NCBI GenBank assembly: GCA_013360915.1 | Contig: JABWAT010000009.1 | Span: 3,337 to 67,336, forward strand | Direction: 5' to 3' | Source of the DNA: Bacteroidota bacterium | Lineage (GTDB): Bacteria; Bacteroidota; JABWAT01 | DNA: 64,000 nucleotides | In this document: in pieces, positions 1-9,000 of the stretch | Numbering within the stretch: the stretch's first letter is position 1 | How the letters are laid out: each line of letters opens with the position of its first letter | The notes under the pieces: model-generated | Told to the model about the DNA's origin: nothing | The model's database searches: none | Seen by the model: only the letters and a program-made list of their open reading frames with translations | Program-made: the position numbers and the translations under genes

Positions 1-214
1 AGTCGCGACAGAAATATATATGGTACCTGTTTTAAAATGGAAAGCGGAGAAAGGGCCAGAGCTGTTGCAATGACGGCAAACTCCTTTCAGGGAGAAAGTT
101 TCGCTGACATAACTTGCACAACTTTAGTACGAAGATTTTCAATTTTTCATGATTGATTGTGCTGTGAAAAAGAGTAGATGGTAAGGCTGTTGTTGTAGTG
201 AGAAGGATAAAGGC

Positions 215-931
215 GTGAAGGCTCCAAGTGATAAAATGATTTGTGGACATTGTAAGGTACCAATTTATGCCGATTGGCAATATGGTTCTGTAATGGAAAT
301 ATCACCATCTAATGGATCATCTGATTTGTTTGGCTTCGCAAAGGGTGCTCAAATAACTTATATGGTTTGTCCTGGATGTCTTTTACCAATAATAGGGATC
401 CGATTAAGTGCAGATGTTACCTATAATTATCCGGACAATTGTTTAGATCTGGTTAATCTGATCGGTTTCACAATTGTATATCCTGGATTGAATAGCAACT
501 TACAAATTGATAAATATGTGCCAAGGGAATTTCTTGAGGATTATTTAGAGGCGAAAGAAGTAGAAAGAAGTCCAAAAGCATGTGCAGCTCTGCTGCGACG
601 GCTCCTTCAATTAGTACTAAGGAAGCACTTTAAGATTGAAAAAAGGAATTTGGAACAGGAAATTGGGGCATTCATAAAAGAACAAAGTCCACCGTCCTAT
701 TTGGTAACCTCGCTTGATGCGATTCGGACTGTTGGAAATTTTGCAGCTCATCCCATAAAAAGTGAAAATGCGGATAAAATCATAGAAGTTGAGCCAGGCG
801 AGGTGGATTGGCTATTCGCTGGAATTGAATCATTATTTGATTTCGCCTTTATACAACCAGCAATTCTTGAAGAGCGAAAACGGCAAATAAACAATAAACT
901 TGAGAGTGTTGGCAAAGGACCCTTGAAGTGA
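215..931 (+). CDS. Zn-ribbon (CxxC...CxxC) plus DUF4145-like domain protein; first gene of the AT-rich defence-like operon
   Basis: N-terminal CGHC...CPGC cysteine pairs. The C-terminal stretch LLRRLLQLVLRKHF...IRTVGNFAAHP...DWLFAGIESLFDF matches the DUF4145 pattern (R..GN.aaH) that is found fused to HsdR and Res endonucleases. Its TGA stop overlaps the GTG start of the next ORF. GC is low. Confidence 0.5.
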   Translation: MKAPSDKMICGHCKVPIYADWQYGSVMEISPSNGSSDLFGFAKGAQITYMVCPGCLLPIIGIRLSADVTYNYPDNCLDLVNLIGFTIVYPGLNSNLQIDKYVPREFLEDYLEAKEVERSPKACAALLRRLLQLVLRKHFKIEKRNLEQEIGAFIKEQSPPSYLVTSLDAIRTVGNFAAHPIKSENADKIIEVEPGEVDWLFAGIESLFDFAFIQPAILEERKRQINNKLESVGKGPLK

Positions 932-1518
932 CCCCAATTTCAGATTTCCCAACTGATATACAAGAAAACTATGAGCTCCATGAGTGGAAACATTCTATTG
1001 CGATTCTGAAGAATGACTTTCCTGATGAGTGGAACGATATTATAGATTTATTACGGTCATTCAAATTGAAGCGCACTTATATTACTACTCCGGGTGGTCG
1101 AAAGTCGGAAGTGGCAAACTATATTGATAAGTTCTTAGGGGATAGAGGTTGGGTAGAAAAGCAATTTCAAACATCGGTAATTGTTGATAGTTCTCGTTTG
1201 GATTCGCCTACCCATAAAGTAGATTGTTATAAAAATAGAATTGCACTTGAATTGGAATGGAACAACAAGGATCCATTTTTCGATCGGGACCTAAATAATT
1301 TTCGTTTGCTATTTGATCTAAGAGCAATTAGTGTTGGGGTAATTATAACAAGATGCGATGAACTTCAGGACATCTTCGATTCTCTTGGGCGGGGAAGTAG
1401 TTATGGATCATCAACTACGCACATGTCAAAATTGTTACCGAGGATTGAAGGGGGCGGTGGATCCGGGTGCCCTATTTTAGTTGTGGGAATTACGAAAAAT
1501 GTTTATGAGGAAGATTAA
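928..1518 (+). CDS. Type II restriction endonuclease, BamHI/BglII-like PD-(D/E)xK fold
   Basis: VDCYKNRIALELEWNNK...LLFDLRAISVGVIITR aligns to the BamHI catalytic core IDVYKEF...GMEFETGN...IDLAIILMP, giving the D...ExE motif. The start is GTG in a GTGA overlap with the upstream stop. The gene lies immediately upstream of a DNA methyltransferase. Confidence 0.55.
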   Translation: MTPISDFPTDIQENYELHEWKHSIAILKNDFPDEWNDIIDLLRSFKLKRTYITTPGGRKSEVANYIDKFLGDRGWVEKQFQTSVIVDSSRLDSPTHKVDCYKNRIALELEWNNKDPFFDRDLNNFRLLFDLRAISVGVIITRCDELQDIFDSLGRGSSYGSSTTHMSKLLPRIEGGGGSGCPILVVGITKNVYEED

Positions 1519-1519
1519 G

Positions 1520-2155
1520 ATGACAGCTGCCGAGGATTTTGCTCGTTTTATTGGCGATAGAAAATTTAAAACGATTTTAGCCGACCCGCCATGGCAATTT
1601 GAAAATCGCACTGGTAAAGTGGCCCCAGAGCACAAGCGCCTATCACGATATCCAACTTTATCGCTTCAAGAAATCTGCGAGATCCCTGTACAACTCTCAG
1701 CAGAAACACCATCTCATTTATACCTCTGGGTTCCTAATGCATTGCTCCCTGATGGCTTAGAAGTAATGAAGGCATGGGGTTTCCAGTATAAAGCAAATAT
1801 TGTGTGGCATAAAATACGGAAAGACGGTGGACCTGATGGACGAGGTGTTGGCTTTTACTTTAGGAACACAACAGAATTAATCCTGTTTGGGATAAGGGGT
1901 AAAATGAGAACTCTCGACCCAGGTAGAAGTCAGGTTAATATCATTAAAACAATGAAACAAGAACACTCAAGAAAACCAGACGAGCAATATAAACTCATCC
2001 AAGATTGTAGTCCTGGTCCATATCTCGAACTGTTTGGTCGTGGTGGCAGAAAGGGTTGGACAACATGGGGAAATCAAGCTGAGGAATACCAAATAGAATG
2101 GAATACTTACACAAATAACAGTTTAAAGGCTCCTGTTTTAAAGAAAGTCCTTTGA
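1520..2155 (+). CDS. MT-A70 family N6-adenine DNA methyltransferase (DPPW motif)
   Basis: ILADPPWQF catalytic motif and an MT-A70-like length of about 210 aa. The ATG at 1520 lies 2 nt after the restriction endonuclease stop, and the ORF-track start at 1481 is an in-frame upstream alternative. The stop overlaps the next start in an ATGA. Confidence 0.7.
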   Translation: MTAAEDFARFIGDRKFKTILADPPWQFENRTGKVAPEHKRLSRYPTLSLQEICEIPVQLSAETPSHLYLWVPNALLPDGLEVMKAWGFQYKANIVWHKIRKDGGPDGRGVGFYFRNTTELILFGIRGKMRTLDPGRSQVNIIKTMKQEHSRKPDEQYKLIQDCSPGPYLELFGRGGRKGWTTWGNQAEEYQIEWNTYTNNSLKAPVLKKVL

Positions 2156-2817
2156 TGAAAAATGATAGTCTAAAATGGATCATTCCTTCATCAATCGCCC
2201 TTATTATTGGCTTGATTGTAATTTCTTTTGTTCTTCAAATAATTGGAGTTAAGACTGATGTACTTGGCCAAAATGGAGATTTTATTGGTGGTTTTCTAAA
2301 CCCAATATTATCACTTTTTGTATTAATTATCTTATACAGCGATTTAAGACTTTCACGCGAAGACCTATCGGTAACGGCAAAGGCAGCGCAGGATCAAGCA
2401 AATTATTTGATGCCAAAGGAAAAGATTATAGCCTATCCTTTCTGTAAGTTTATGGATAGTGGAAATGGAATTATATTTTACATAAAATTATCAAATATTG
2501 GCATGGTTGAAGTATATGATTTAACAATCAAATTAGAAGTGCATGATTTGTCAAGGGATTGGGGAAAAATCGAACTACCAAAAGATAGGGTTTACAACCC
2601 AAAGATTTTGGCCCCCAAACAGGAAATTTCTTATTTATTGTTTGAAAGTAGATCTTCAATAATATACTCTAAGGCATTTGAAGGCTCAGCGCTTCACACC
2701 AGTATTTACGTTGATATAGATTACTATCTTAGTCCTCTTGAAGAGGAGAAAAATAAGCGTTCGATTTCGTTTGAGTTTAATCTTCATGATATCAAGGGGG
2801 CATTCCCAATAATATAA
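2152..2817 (+). CDS. Hypothetical 2-TM membrane protein, fourth gene of the restriction-modification-like operon
   Basis: Two N-terminal hydrophobic helices and an AT-rich codon composition. It is translationally coupled to the methyltransferase through an ATGA overlap. No recognisable domain. Confidence 0.45.
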   Translation: MMKNDSLKWIIPSSIALIIGLIVISFVLQIIGVKTDVLGQNGDFIGGFLNPILSLFVLIILYSDLRLSREDLSVTAKAAQDQANYLMPKEKIIAYPFCKFMDSGNGIIFYIKLSNIGMVEVYDLTIKLEVHDLSRDWGKIELPKDRVYNPKILAPKQEISYLLFESRSSIIYSKAFEGSALHTSIYVDIDYYLSPLEEEKNKRSISFEFNLHDIKGAFPII

Positions 2818-2918
2818 TTCTCCACAACTTTTCCACACCCCTACTGAACGCTTGAACAGTAGTTGGTGATGGGTTACTTTCACTGCCCCCGATCAATCAT
2901 AAACGAAAAGAGGTAACA

Positions 2919-3194
2919 GTGAATAGTCCCCAAATCTATTCTGTTTTGCTGGGCCTCGACTACCCTGAGTTGGGTCTGGCAAAGGAAGACTTTGTAGTCT
3001 TCAAAGTAACCGATCAGTTCACCTCAGGTGACCTGGTCATTCTGCAAACTGAGAATCCCGTCGCTTTTGCCCGCTGGTCGCCGAAGTGTGGTCCGGTGGT
3101 GGGCAAAGTCGTCACGGTGTATCGGCGAGTCTCCAGGCGGCCGTATGCGCTTAAATACAGAGAGCACCCGGCTGTGAGGATGATTGAAGCATAA
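2919..3194 (+). CDS. Small hypothetical protein, possibly a truncated S24 (LexA/UmuD-like) peptidase C-terminal fragment
   Basis: GTG start with an AGAGG Shine-Dalgarno 8 nt upstream. GDLVIL...PVVGKVVTVYRRV resembles the last beta-strands of S24 peptidases but lacks the catalytic Ser region. It is GC-rich, unlike the island. Confidence 0.3.
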   Translation: MNSPQIYSVLLGLDYPELGLAKEDFVVFKVTDQFTSGDLVILQTENPVAFARWSPKCGPVVGKVVTVYRRVSRRPYALKYREHPAVRMIEA

Positions 3195-3234
3195 ACAAAA
3201 AAGGCCACCGTGTTTGCGGTAGCCTTTATTTTTG
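3195..3234. terminator. Bidirectional rho-independent terminator
   Basis: GGCCACCG-tgtttg-CGGTAGCC hairpin flanked by an A-run and a T-run. It closes both the + ORF and the minus-strand tRNA-Ser unit. Confidence 0.5.
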
Positions 3235-3287
3235 ACACCCATTCTGACACCAATCGCTCGTAAGTGATTGAAAATCAATGGACTTTG

Positions 3288-3378
3288 CGGAGGGGGAGAG
3301 ATTCGAACTCTCGGTAGCGCTTTACAACACTACGACGGTTTAGCAAACCGTTGCCTTAAGCCTCTCGGCCACCCCTCC
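3288..3378 (-). tRNA. tRNA-Ser (anticodon GCU)
   Basis: Reverse-complement folds as GGAGGGG acceptor, 3-bp D-stem, anticodon loop TTGCTAA, long variable arm, T-loop TTCGAAT. Confidence 0.85.
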
Positions 3379-3393
3379 GGAATAACAAAAAAC

Positions 3394-3454
3394 AGTCAGA
3401 GTGGCCTGGCAACGGTTTCGTTGCCTTAATCCGGTCCTGCCGGACACCCCTCTG
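3394..3454 (-). pseudogene. Degenerate partial copy of tRNA-Ser(GCU): 5' half with the D-arm replaced by a TCCGGCAGGACCGGA hairpin, no anticodon loop
   Basis: AGAGGGGTG...TTAAGGCAACG matches tRNA-Ser positions 1-31 and is flanked by the direct repeat GGAATAACAAAAAACA (3379-3394 and 3454-3469). It contains a GGCAACGAAACCGTTGCC hairpin. Confidence 0.4.
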
Positions 3455-3477
3455 GAATAACAAAAAACAAAATCTTG

Positions 3478-3560
3478 CGGAGAGCGAGGGACTCGAACCC
3501 CCAAGTGCGCAAACACGGCAGTTTTCAAGACTGCTGCCTTACCAATTAGGCTAGCTCTCC
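3478..3560 (-). tRNA. tRNA-Ser (anticodon UGA)
   Basis: GGAGAGC acceptor, anticodon loop CTTGAAA, 16-nt variable arm, T-loop TTCGAGT. Confidence 0.8.
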
Positions 3561-3616
3561 GAAACAGGACTGCAAAAATAGGCCTGTGATCGGATGTTGT
3601 CAAAAAAATCGGACGA

Positions 3617-4510
3617 TCAGCCTTTGCTCAACGCTTCAGCACCCGACACAATTTCAAGGATTTCCTTGGTAATAGCGGCCTGCCGTAACTGATTATACGT
3701 CAGAGTCAGCGATTTCAGTAACGCCTTCGCATTTTCGGTGGCCGTATCCATGGCAGCCATCCGTGCACCATGTTCTGATGCAATGGATTCAAGAAAAATC
3801 TGCATGAGCAGTTGGGACAGATACAAAGGTACCACCCCTTCAAGGACCGCATTTGGATCAGGCTCGAAAATGTAATCGGCCTGGAAAGAGCCGGAGGCAT
3901 CAATTCCTTCGAGCGCTTCCGTCCGGATGGGAAGAAACTGATGGGTGGTTACTTTTGGGGTGACCACATTCTTGAACTCATTCGAAATGACAATTATGCG
4001 GTCATAGGTACCATTTTGATAATTCTGTACCAGGAAATCTCTGACCGAGCGGATATCACTCAGAGTCAGGTGCCCAAAAATTCCAGACCGGTAAAAGGGA
4101 ATTTTAAAGGCTCTGCGTCTGAAAAAGTCATAACCCACGCGACCCAGGGGAATGATGTCGAGGTTACCTGTGGTGGCCCAGCTTTTCAGATCGGTCTGAA
4201 TCATTCGCTGGGCATTTTTAATCAGGTTGCTGTTAAAAGACCCGCAAAGCCCCCGGTCCGCTGAAATGACGACCAGTGCAACCCGGTTAATGGATTCGCG
4301 GTCGTTAATCAGTGGGTTCTCGCTCACCCGTTCATCCAAAACCAGTTTACCGAGGAGATGATGAACATTCAGCGAATACGGACGGGCGGCCATCATGCTT
4401 TCCTGGGCTTTCCGCAGTTTAGATGCCGCAACCATTTTCATGGCTTTGGTAATCTGCTGGGTATTTTTAACCCCTTTGATCCGTTGACGGATGTCCCGTA
4501 AGGTTGCCAT
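3617..4510 (-). CDS. atpG: F0F1 ATP synthase gamma subunit
   Basis: MATLRDIRQRIKGVKNTQQITKAMKMVAASKLRKAQ N-terminus and a C-terminal helix typical of AtpG. Confidence 0.95.
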   Translation of the reverse strand: MATLRDIRQRIKGVKNTQQITKAMKMVAASKLRKAQESMMAARPYSLNVHHLLGKLVLDERVSENPLINDRESINRVALVVISADRGLCGSFNSNLIKNAQRMIQTDLKSWATTGNLDIIPLGRVGYDFFRRRAFKIPFYRSGIFGHLTLSDIRSVRDFLVQNYQNGTYDRIIVISNEFKNVVTPKVTTHQFLPIRTEALEGIDASGSFQADYIFEPDPNAVLEGVVPLYLSQLLMQIFLESIASEHGARMAAMDTATENAKALLKSLTLTYNQLRQAAITKEILEIVSGAEALSKG

Positions 4511-4516
4511 GGCGGA

Positions 4517-6088
4517 TTATTTCAGCTTTCTCTTGAAGTTATCGATAAACTCACGACCGGCTTTCTTCAGATCGCCTGCAACCTGATCGGTCAGAGCACC
4601 CTTCTTCAGTCCGGAAAGCAGGTCAGAATGACTGGTCTCGAGGTGAGCCAGAAATTCTTCTTCAAACTGACGGAGTGAAGCCACAGGAATTTCATCGAGC
4701 AAGCCTTGTGTGGCCACGAAAATAATAGCGATTTGCTTTTCGACAGGTACGGGAGAAAACTGATCCTGTTTGAGAATTTCAACCAGACGCTCACCACGAC
4801 GCAACTGAGCCTGAGTGGCCGCATCCAGATCGGACCCGAATTTGGCAAATGCGGCCAGTTCACGGTATTGAGCCAGATCGAGTTTAAGCGTTCCGGCCAC
4901 CTTTTTCATGGTCTTAATCTGTGCAGATCCGCCCACACGGGACACCGAAATACCCACGTTAATGGCCGGACGGATACCCGAGTTGAACAGGTTCGATTCG
5001 AGGAAAATCTGACCATCTGTAATGGAAATCACGTTGGTCGGAATGTAAGCCGATACGTCACCGGCCTGTGTTTCAATAATGGGAAGAGCTGTCAGTGAAC
5101 CACCACCCTTGACCTGATCCTTCAGTGAATCGGGCAGGTCATTCATGGTCTTGACCAGTTCGTCATTTTCGATCACCTTGGCTGCACGTTCGAGTAACCG
5201 TGAGTGCAGGTAAAAAACGTCACCCGGGTAGGCTTCCCGTCCGGGAGGACGACGGAGCAGCAGAGACACCTGGCGGTAGGCCACAGCGTGCTTGGACAAG
5301 TCATCATAAATACACAACACGTGACGGCCTGTATCGCGGAAGTATTCGCCAATGGTGACACCAGCATACGGTGCAAGATAAATCAGTGGCGCAGGGTCAG
5401 CTGCGGAAGCATTCACCACAATGGTGTATTCCATGGCACCATACCGTTCCAGAGTGGCAACAATTTCTGCAACCGTGGAAGCCTTTTGAGCGATGGCCAC
5501 ATAGATACAGATAACACCGGTTCCCTTCTGGTTGATAATGGTATCGAGGGCAATGGCGGTTTTTCCGGTCTGACGGTCTCCGATAATCAGCTCACGCTGA
5601 CCGCGGCCAATGGGAATCATGGCATCAATGGCTTTAATCCCGGTCTGAAGGGGCTCTTTCACCGGTTGGCGGTAGATTACACCGGGAGCCTTGCGCTCAA
5701 TGGGCATCTGGACGGTTCCCTTTACCGGTCCTTTGCCGTCAATGGGTTCACCGAGCGGATTCAGTACCCGGCCGATCATGGCTTCACCAACCATCAGGGA
5801 GGAAATTTTCTTCGTCCGTTTAACCCGGTCGCCTTCTTTCACCTGCTCGGAGTTTCCGAAAATAACCACTCCGACGTTGTCTTCTTCCAGGTTAAGCACC
5901 ATTCCTGTGATGCCGCCATCGAATTCGACAAGCTCTCCGGCCATTACTTTACTGAGTCCGTAGACACGGGCGATACCATCACCCACCTGAAGAACGGTGC
6001 CAACGTCATAAACATCGGTTTCGGCCTGCAGGCTGAGCAATTCTTTTTTCAGGATTGCAGATATTTCATCTGGTCTGACTTCTGCCAT
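4517..6088 (-). CDS. atpA: F0F1 ATP synthase alpha subunit
   Basis: Walker A GDRQTGKT and highly conserved AtpA sequence over 523 aa. Confidence 0.97.
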   Translation of the reverse strand: MAEVRPDEISAILKKELLSLQAETDVYDVGTVLQVGDGIARVYGLSKVMAGELVEFDGGITGMVLNLEEDNVGVVIFGNSEQVKEGDRVKRTKKISSLMVGEAMIGRVLNPLGEPIDGKGPVKGTVQMPIERKAPGVIYRQPVKEPLQTGIKAIDAMIPIGRGQRELIIGDRQTGKTAIALDTIINQKGTGVICIYVAIAQKASTVAEIVATLERYGAMEYTIVVNASAADPAPLIYLAPYAGVTIGEYFRDTGRHVLCIYDDLSKHAVAYRQVSLLLRRPPGREAYPGDVFYLHSRLLERAAKVIENDELVKTMNDLPDSLKDQVKGGGSLTALPIIETQAGDVSAYIPTNVISITDGQIFLESNLFNSGIRPAINVGISVSRVGGSAQIKTMKKVAGTLKLDLAQYRELAAFAKFGSDLDAATQAQLRRGERLVEILKQDQFSPVPVEKQIAIIFVATQGLLDEIPVASLRQFEEEFLAHLETSHSDLLSGLKKGALTDQVAGDLKKAGREFIDNFKRKLK

Positions 6089-6102
6089 GGGAGTTTCCCT
6101 TA

Positions 6103-6636
6103 TTAATTCAAAAGTTTGGTTTTGATTACTTCCAGCTGGTTTTTCAGGCTGGAATCATAAACAGTATCATGTATTCTGACCACGAGTCCGCCCTTGATGG
6201 ACGGATCGATGCGGGGAACAAGAATGACGGTTTTGCCGGTTTTTTCCGACAGGTGTTTTTTTAACCGTGTGGCTTGTTCCTGACTGAGCGGAATGGCGGT
6301 GGTTGTTTCGGCCCGGATGATTCCGTTGGTTTCATCAATCAGCTCGAGTGCCCGTGTGATGATTGCGGCAAGAAAGGGTTCTCTTTTGTGTTTGGCCAGC
6401 AGATTCAGGGCCTGAAGGGTCACTTCAGACAATCCGGGCACGGCCTTTGAGAGAACGGCTATCTTCTTTTCGGGTGACAGCATCGGATTGGCAATCATAT
6501 CCGCGACCGGATGATCCGGTTGCAGCAGAGGAGCCAGTTTCCCGAAGTCACTGGTCAGGGCCTCAATGGCCTTTTGTTCTTTTGTCGCTTCTACGATGGC
6601 TTTCGCGTAGCGTAAAGCGATGGAATAATCACTCAT
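6103..6636 (-). CDS. atpH: F0F1 ATP synthase delta (OSCP) subunit
   Basis: Size and OSCP-like sequence; lies between atpF and atpA. Confidence 0.85.
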   Translation of the reverse strand: MSDYSIALRYAKAIVEATKEQKAIEALTSDFGKLAPLLQPDHPVADMIANPMLSPEKKIAVLSKAVPGLSEVTLQALNLLAKHKREPFLAAIITRALELIDETNGIIRAETTTAIPLSQEQATRLKKHLSEKTGKTVILVPRIDPSIKGGLVVRIHDTVYDSSLKNQLEVIKTKLLN

Positions 6637-6638
6637 GG

Positions 6639-7157
6639 TCAGTTTTTCGACATGGAGTCGATTTCTTTGGTGATCAATGATTTGTTTTTCTCATCGGTCA
6701 GATTGGAATCGATGACCTTTTCAGCAATCTGAATAATGATGCCAACCATTTCCGTTTTCAGATTGGTCACCATTGCATACCGGTCGCGTTCGATCTCGGC
6801 GCGGGCAGCTGCGATGAGTTTTTCTGTTTCTTCTTTGGTTTTGACCATGCCATCATGTCTGATCTTTTCGGCCGCCTGACGGGCATCCTTGATAATGGCA
6901 TCGGCCTTTTCATTGGCTTCTGCAAGAATCTGGTCGAAACGGGCCATGATTTTAGCTGCTTCTTCCTTGGATTCCTCGGCCTTCCGGATGGCCATGTCAA
7001 TCCGGCGTTCACGCTCCTCGAGCGCAGTGGTGATGGGTTTCCAGGCCAGCTTGTACAGCAGTCCGGAAACAATCAGAAAGGTGACCAGTACCCAGAAAAT
7101 GGTGCCGGTGTGCGGATCCAGCAGTCCGCCTTCCAGTAAGAATAATGCCAAAGTCAT
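6639..7157 (-). CDS. atpF: F0F1 ATP synthase B subunit
   Basis: Single N-terminal TM helix followed by a long charged coiled coil. Position in the operon. Confidence 0.8.
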   Translation of the reverse strand: MTLALFLLEGGLLDPHTGTIFWVLVTFLIVSGLLYKLAWKPITTALEERERRIDMAIRKAEESKEEAAKIMARFDQILAEANEKADAIIKDARQAAEKIRHDGMVKTKEETEKLIAAARAEIERDRYAMVTNLKTEMVGIIIQIAEKVIDSNLTDEKNKSLITKEIDSMSKN

Positions 7158-7250
7158 ACGTCAGTCCACTTGATCAGGTTAATGGGTAATCCGCCGGAGG
7201 AGTCGTTGTTAAACAGTTTCCCCTGACCGGCGGTTCAACGCCAGGTAGAA

Positions 7251-7481
7251 TCACTTGAAGATGAGCAGGAACCCGATCACCTCGGCAATCAGGGCAACCC
7301 CTTCAATCAGCGCAGCGAACAGAATGGCTGTACCGCGCAGAGAGCCGGCGAGTTCGGGCTGACGGGCACTGGCTTCCATAGCAGAGGCGGCCAGTTTACC
7401 GATACCGATACCGGCACCGATAGCGGCCAGACCAGCTCCGATGCCTGCGCCCAAGTAAGCTCCAAATAATCCAGTTTCCAT
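7251..7481 (-). CDS. atpE: F0F1 ATP synthase C subunit
   Basis: GAGIGAG...AASAMEASARQPE...LIEGVALIA hairpin proteolipid. Confidence 0.9.
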   Translation of the reverse strand: METGLFGAYLGAGIGAGLAAIGAGIGIGKLAASAMEASARQPELAGSLRGTAILFAALIEGVALIAEVIGFLLIFK

Positions 7482-7514
7482 TTGAGACCTCCAGTTGTAA
7501 GTAGTGTTGAGTAA

Positions 7515-8438
7515 TTAGTGATGCGGGGCAGGTTCTTCCACTGCCATTCCGATAAAGGCTGCTGAGAGCAGGGTGAAAACATAGGCCTGGATCAGACAGA
7601 CCAGTACTTTGATCATATAAATGAAAACGGCCAGCAGGATGGCAATGGGTGCTACTGCATAGGTGCCGATGATAAAGATCAGACCGATAAAAGTAAGAAT
7701 GACGAGGTGACCACCACTCATGTTGGCAAATAACCGCACTGCCAGAGCAAACGGTTTGGTGAACATGCCCAGAATTTCAACCGGGACCATGATCGGATAC
7801 AGGGCCAGCGGGACATGTGGTGTGAAGATGTGCTGCCAGTAAGTTTTCTTTGCACTGAAATGAATAATAAAAAAGGTGCAGAGGGCCAGAGCGGCGGTCA
7901 CATTGATATCGCCGGTGATGGCGGCGCCATAGGGCATCAGTCCCATGTAATTCGATACCAGAATGAAGAAGAATACCGACAGCAGATAGGGCATGAATTT
8001 CTTGTAGGCATGTTCCCCGATCATGGGAATGGCGATGTCGTTCCTGATAAACTCCACCAGAAGTTCCATCAGGTTGCCCAGGCCTTTCGGAGCAAAATAC
8101 CCATCGGGTCTTTTCCGGTAAGCTGCTCCGGCTGTAATTCCCAGAATGAGGACGATCAGCGAATTCAGCCACAGAAACACAGAATGCTTGGTGGGTGATA
8201 AATCCAGTTCAAACGAACCAATCCGGATTGGTTCCCAGGTCGGAAGGTGGATGGTGGTAAAGGGTTCGAGGTCAATGGTTTTTCCGTTGACCACGTGGTG
8301 CATGATAAAGTCGGTCTTGTTTCCGCCTTCGCCTCCGCCAGCCAGTGCTGGTGTGGAGTTGGCGACCAGCAATGAGATCGCCATCAGGAATAGGAAAAAT
8401 GGTGTTTTCATGGTTGTGTCTGCCGGTATAAAAACCAA
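7515..8438 (-). CDS. atpB: F0F1 ATP synthase A subunit (probable true start MKTPFF at 8411)
   Basis: Conserved AtpB C-terminal helices (LAVRLFANMSGGH). Starting at 8411 gives an ATGA overlap with the upstream gene. Confidence 0.9.
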   Translation of the reverse strand: MVFIPADTTMKTPFFLFLMAISLLVANSTPALAGGGEGGNKTDFIMHHVVNGKTIDLEPFTTIHLPTWEPIRIGSFELDLSPTKHSVFLWLNSLIVLILGITAGAAYRKRPDGYFAPKGLGNLMELLVEFIRNDIAIPMIGEHAYKKFMPYLLSVFFFILVSNYMGLMPYGAAITGDINVTAALALCTFFIIHFSAKKTYWQHIFTPHVPLALYPIMVPVEILGMFTKPFALAVRLFANMSGGHLVILTFIGLIFIIGTYAVAPIAILLAVFIYMIKVLVCLIQAYVFTLLSAAFIGMAVEEPAPHH

Positions 8439-8767
8439 ACGTCAATGGTTGTGTAGGCACAATAAAAGCCGATGAGCGACAGTCCGGATGCCATCAGACT
8501 TAACTGTCCGTTTTTTGCAATTATAATAAGAACGAGAGCGACTACCATCATTTTAACCAGCAATCCGATGCTGATCAGGGCGATGGTGCCCTGCATCCCC
8601 GATTTTCTGATCACCAGCCACCCGGCGAGCCCGTTCAGCAGGGCCAGTCCGCCCATGACCAGGTTTCCGGTCAGAAGCTCTGATTGATAGTCCGGCAGAA
8701 GCAAGCCGGGGAGTAAGCCAGCACCTGCAATGATTGCCAATGCAAGCAGAAACCGTTTCAGCGTCAT
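8408..8767 (-). CDS. atpI: ATP synthase protein I-like membrane protein
   Basis: Small 4-TM protein immediately upstream of atpB; assignment rests on position and size. Confidence 0.4.
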   Translation of the reverse strand: MTLKRFLLALAIIAGAGLLPGLLLPDYQSELLTGNLVMGGLALLNGLAGWLVIRKSGMQGTIALISIGLLVKMMVVALVLIIIAKNGQLSLMASGLSLIGFYCAYTTIDVWFLYRQTQP

Positions 8768-9000
8768 TGATCCCCAAACCGCTTTTTAATGATTCGTTTC
8801 AGATTGGCCCAGGCCGAATACATTCCACCAAGAAATCCGATGATGGTAAATGCAAAGGGCGTTCCGGCGAGGGTATCGATCAGATACCCGATCAGGCCGA
8901 AGGCCAGCAGATTGATGACGATCTGAGAACTGATTTCTCCGTAAAAAGCCAGATCTTTTGCCAGATCGGACCGGTCATTTTTTGGTTTCGGGTCCTGCAT
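8764..9000 (-). CDS. atpZ: AtpZ family (putative F0F1-ATPase-associated membrane protein)
   Basis: 78 aa, 2 TM helices, YGEISSQIV...LIG motif resembling PF09527. First gene of the atp operon. Confidence 0.5.
   Translation of the reverse strand: MQDPKPKNDRSDLAKDLAFYGEISSQIVINLLAFGLIGYLIDTLAGTPFAFTIIGFLGGMYSAWANLKRIIKKRFGDQ

Noticed and set aside
3340-3603. 87-aa ORF on the minus strand
   Set aside because: It overlaps the two tRNA-Ser genes and the pseudo-tRNA, so the region is better explained by RNA genes.
5204-6106. 300-aa ORF on the plus strand
   Set aside because: It lies antisense to the highly conserved atpA coding sequence and is a GC-driven open frame with no independent support.
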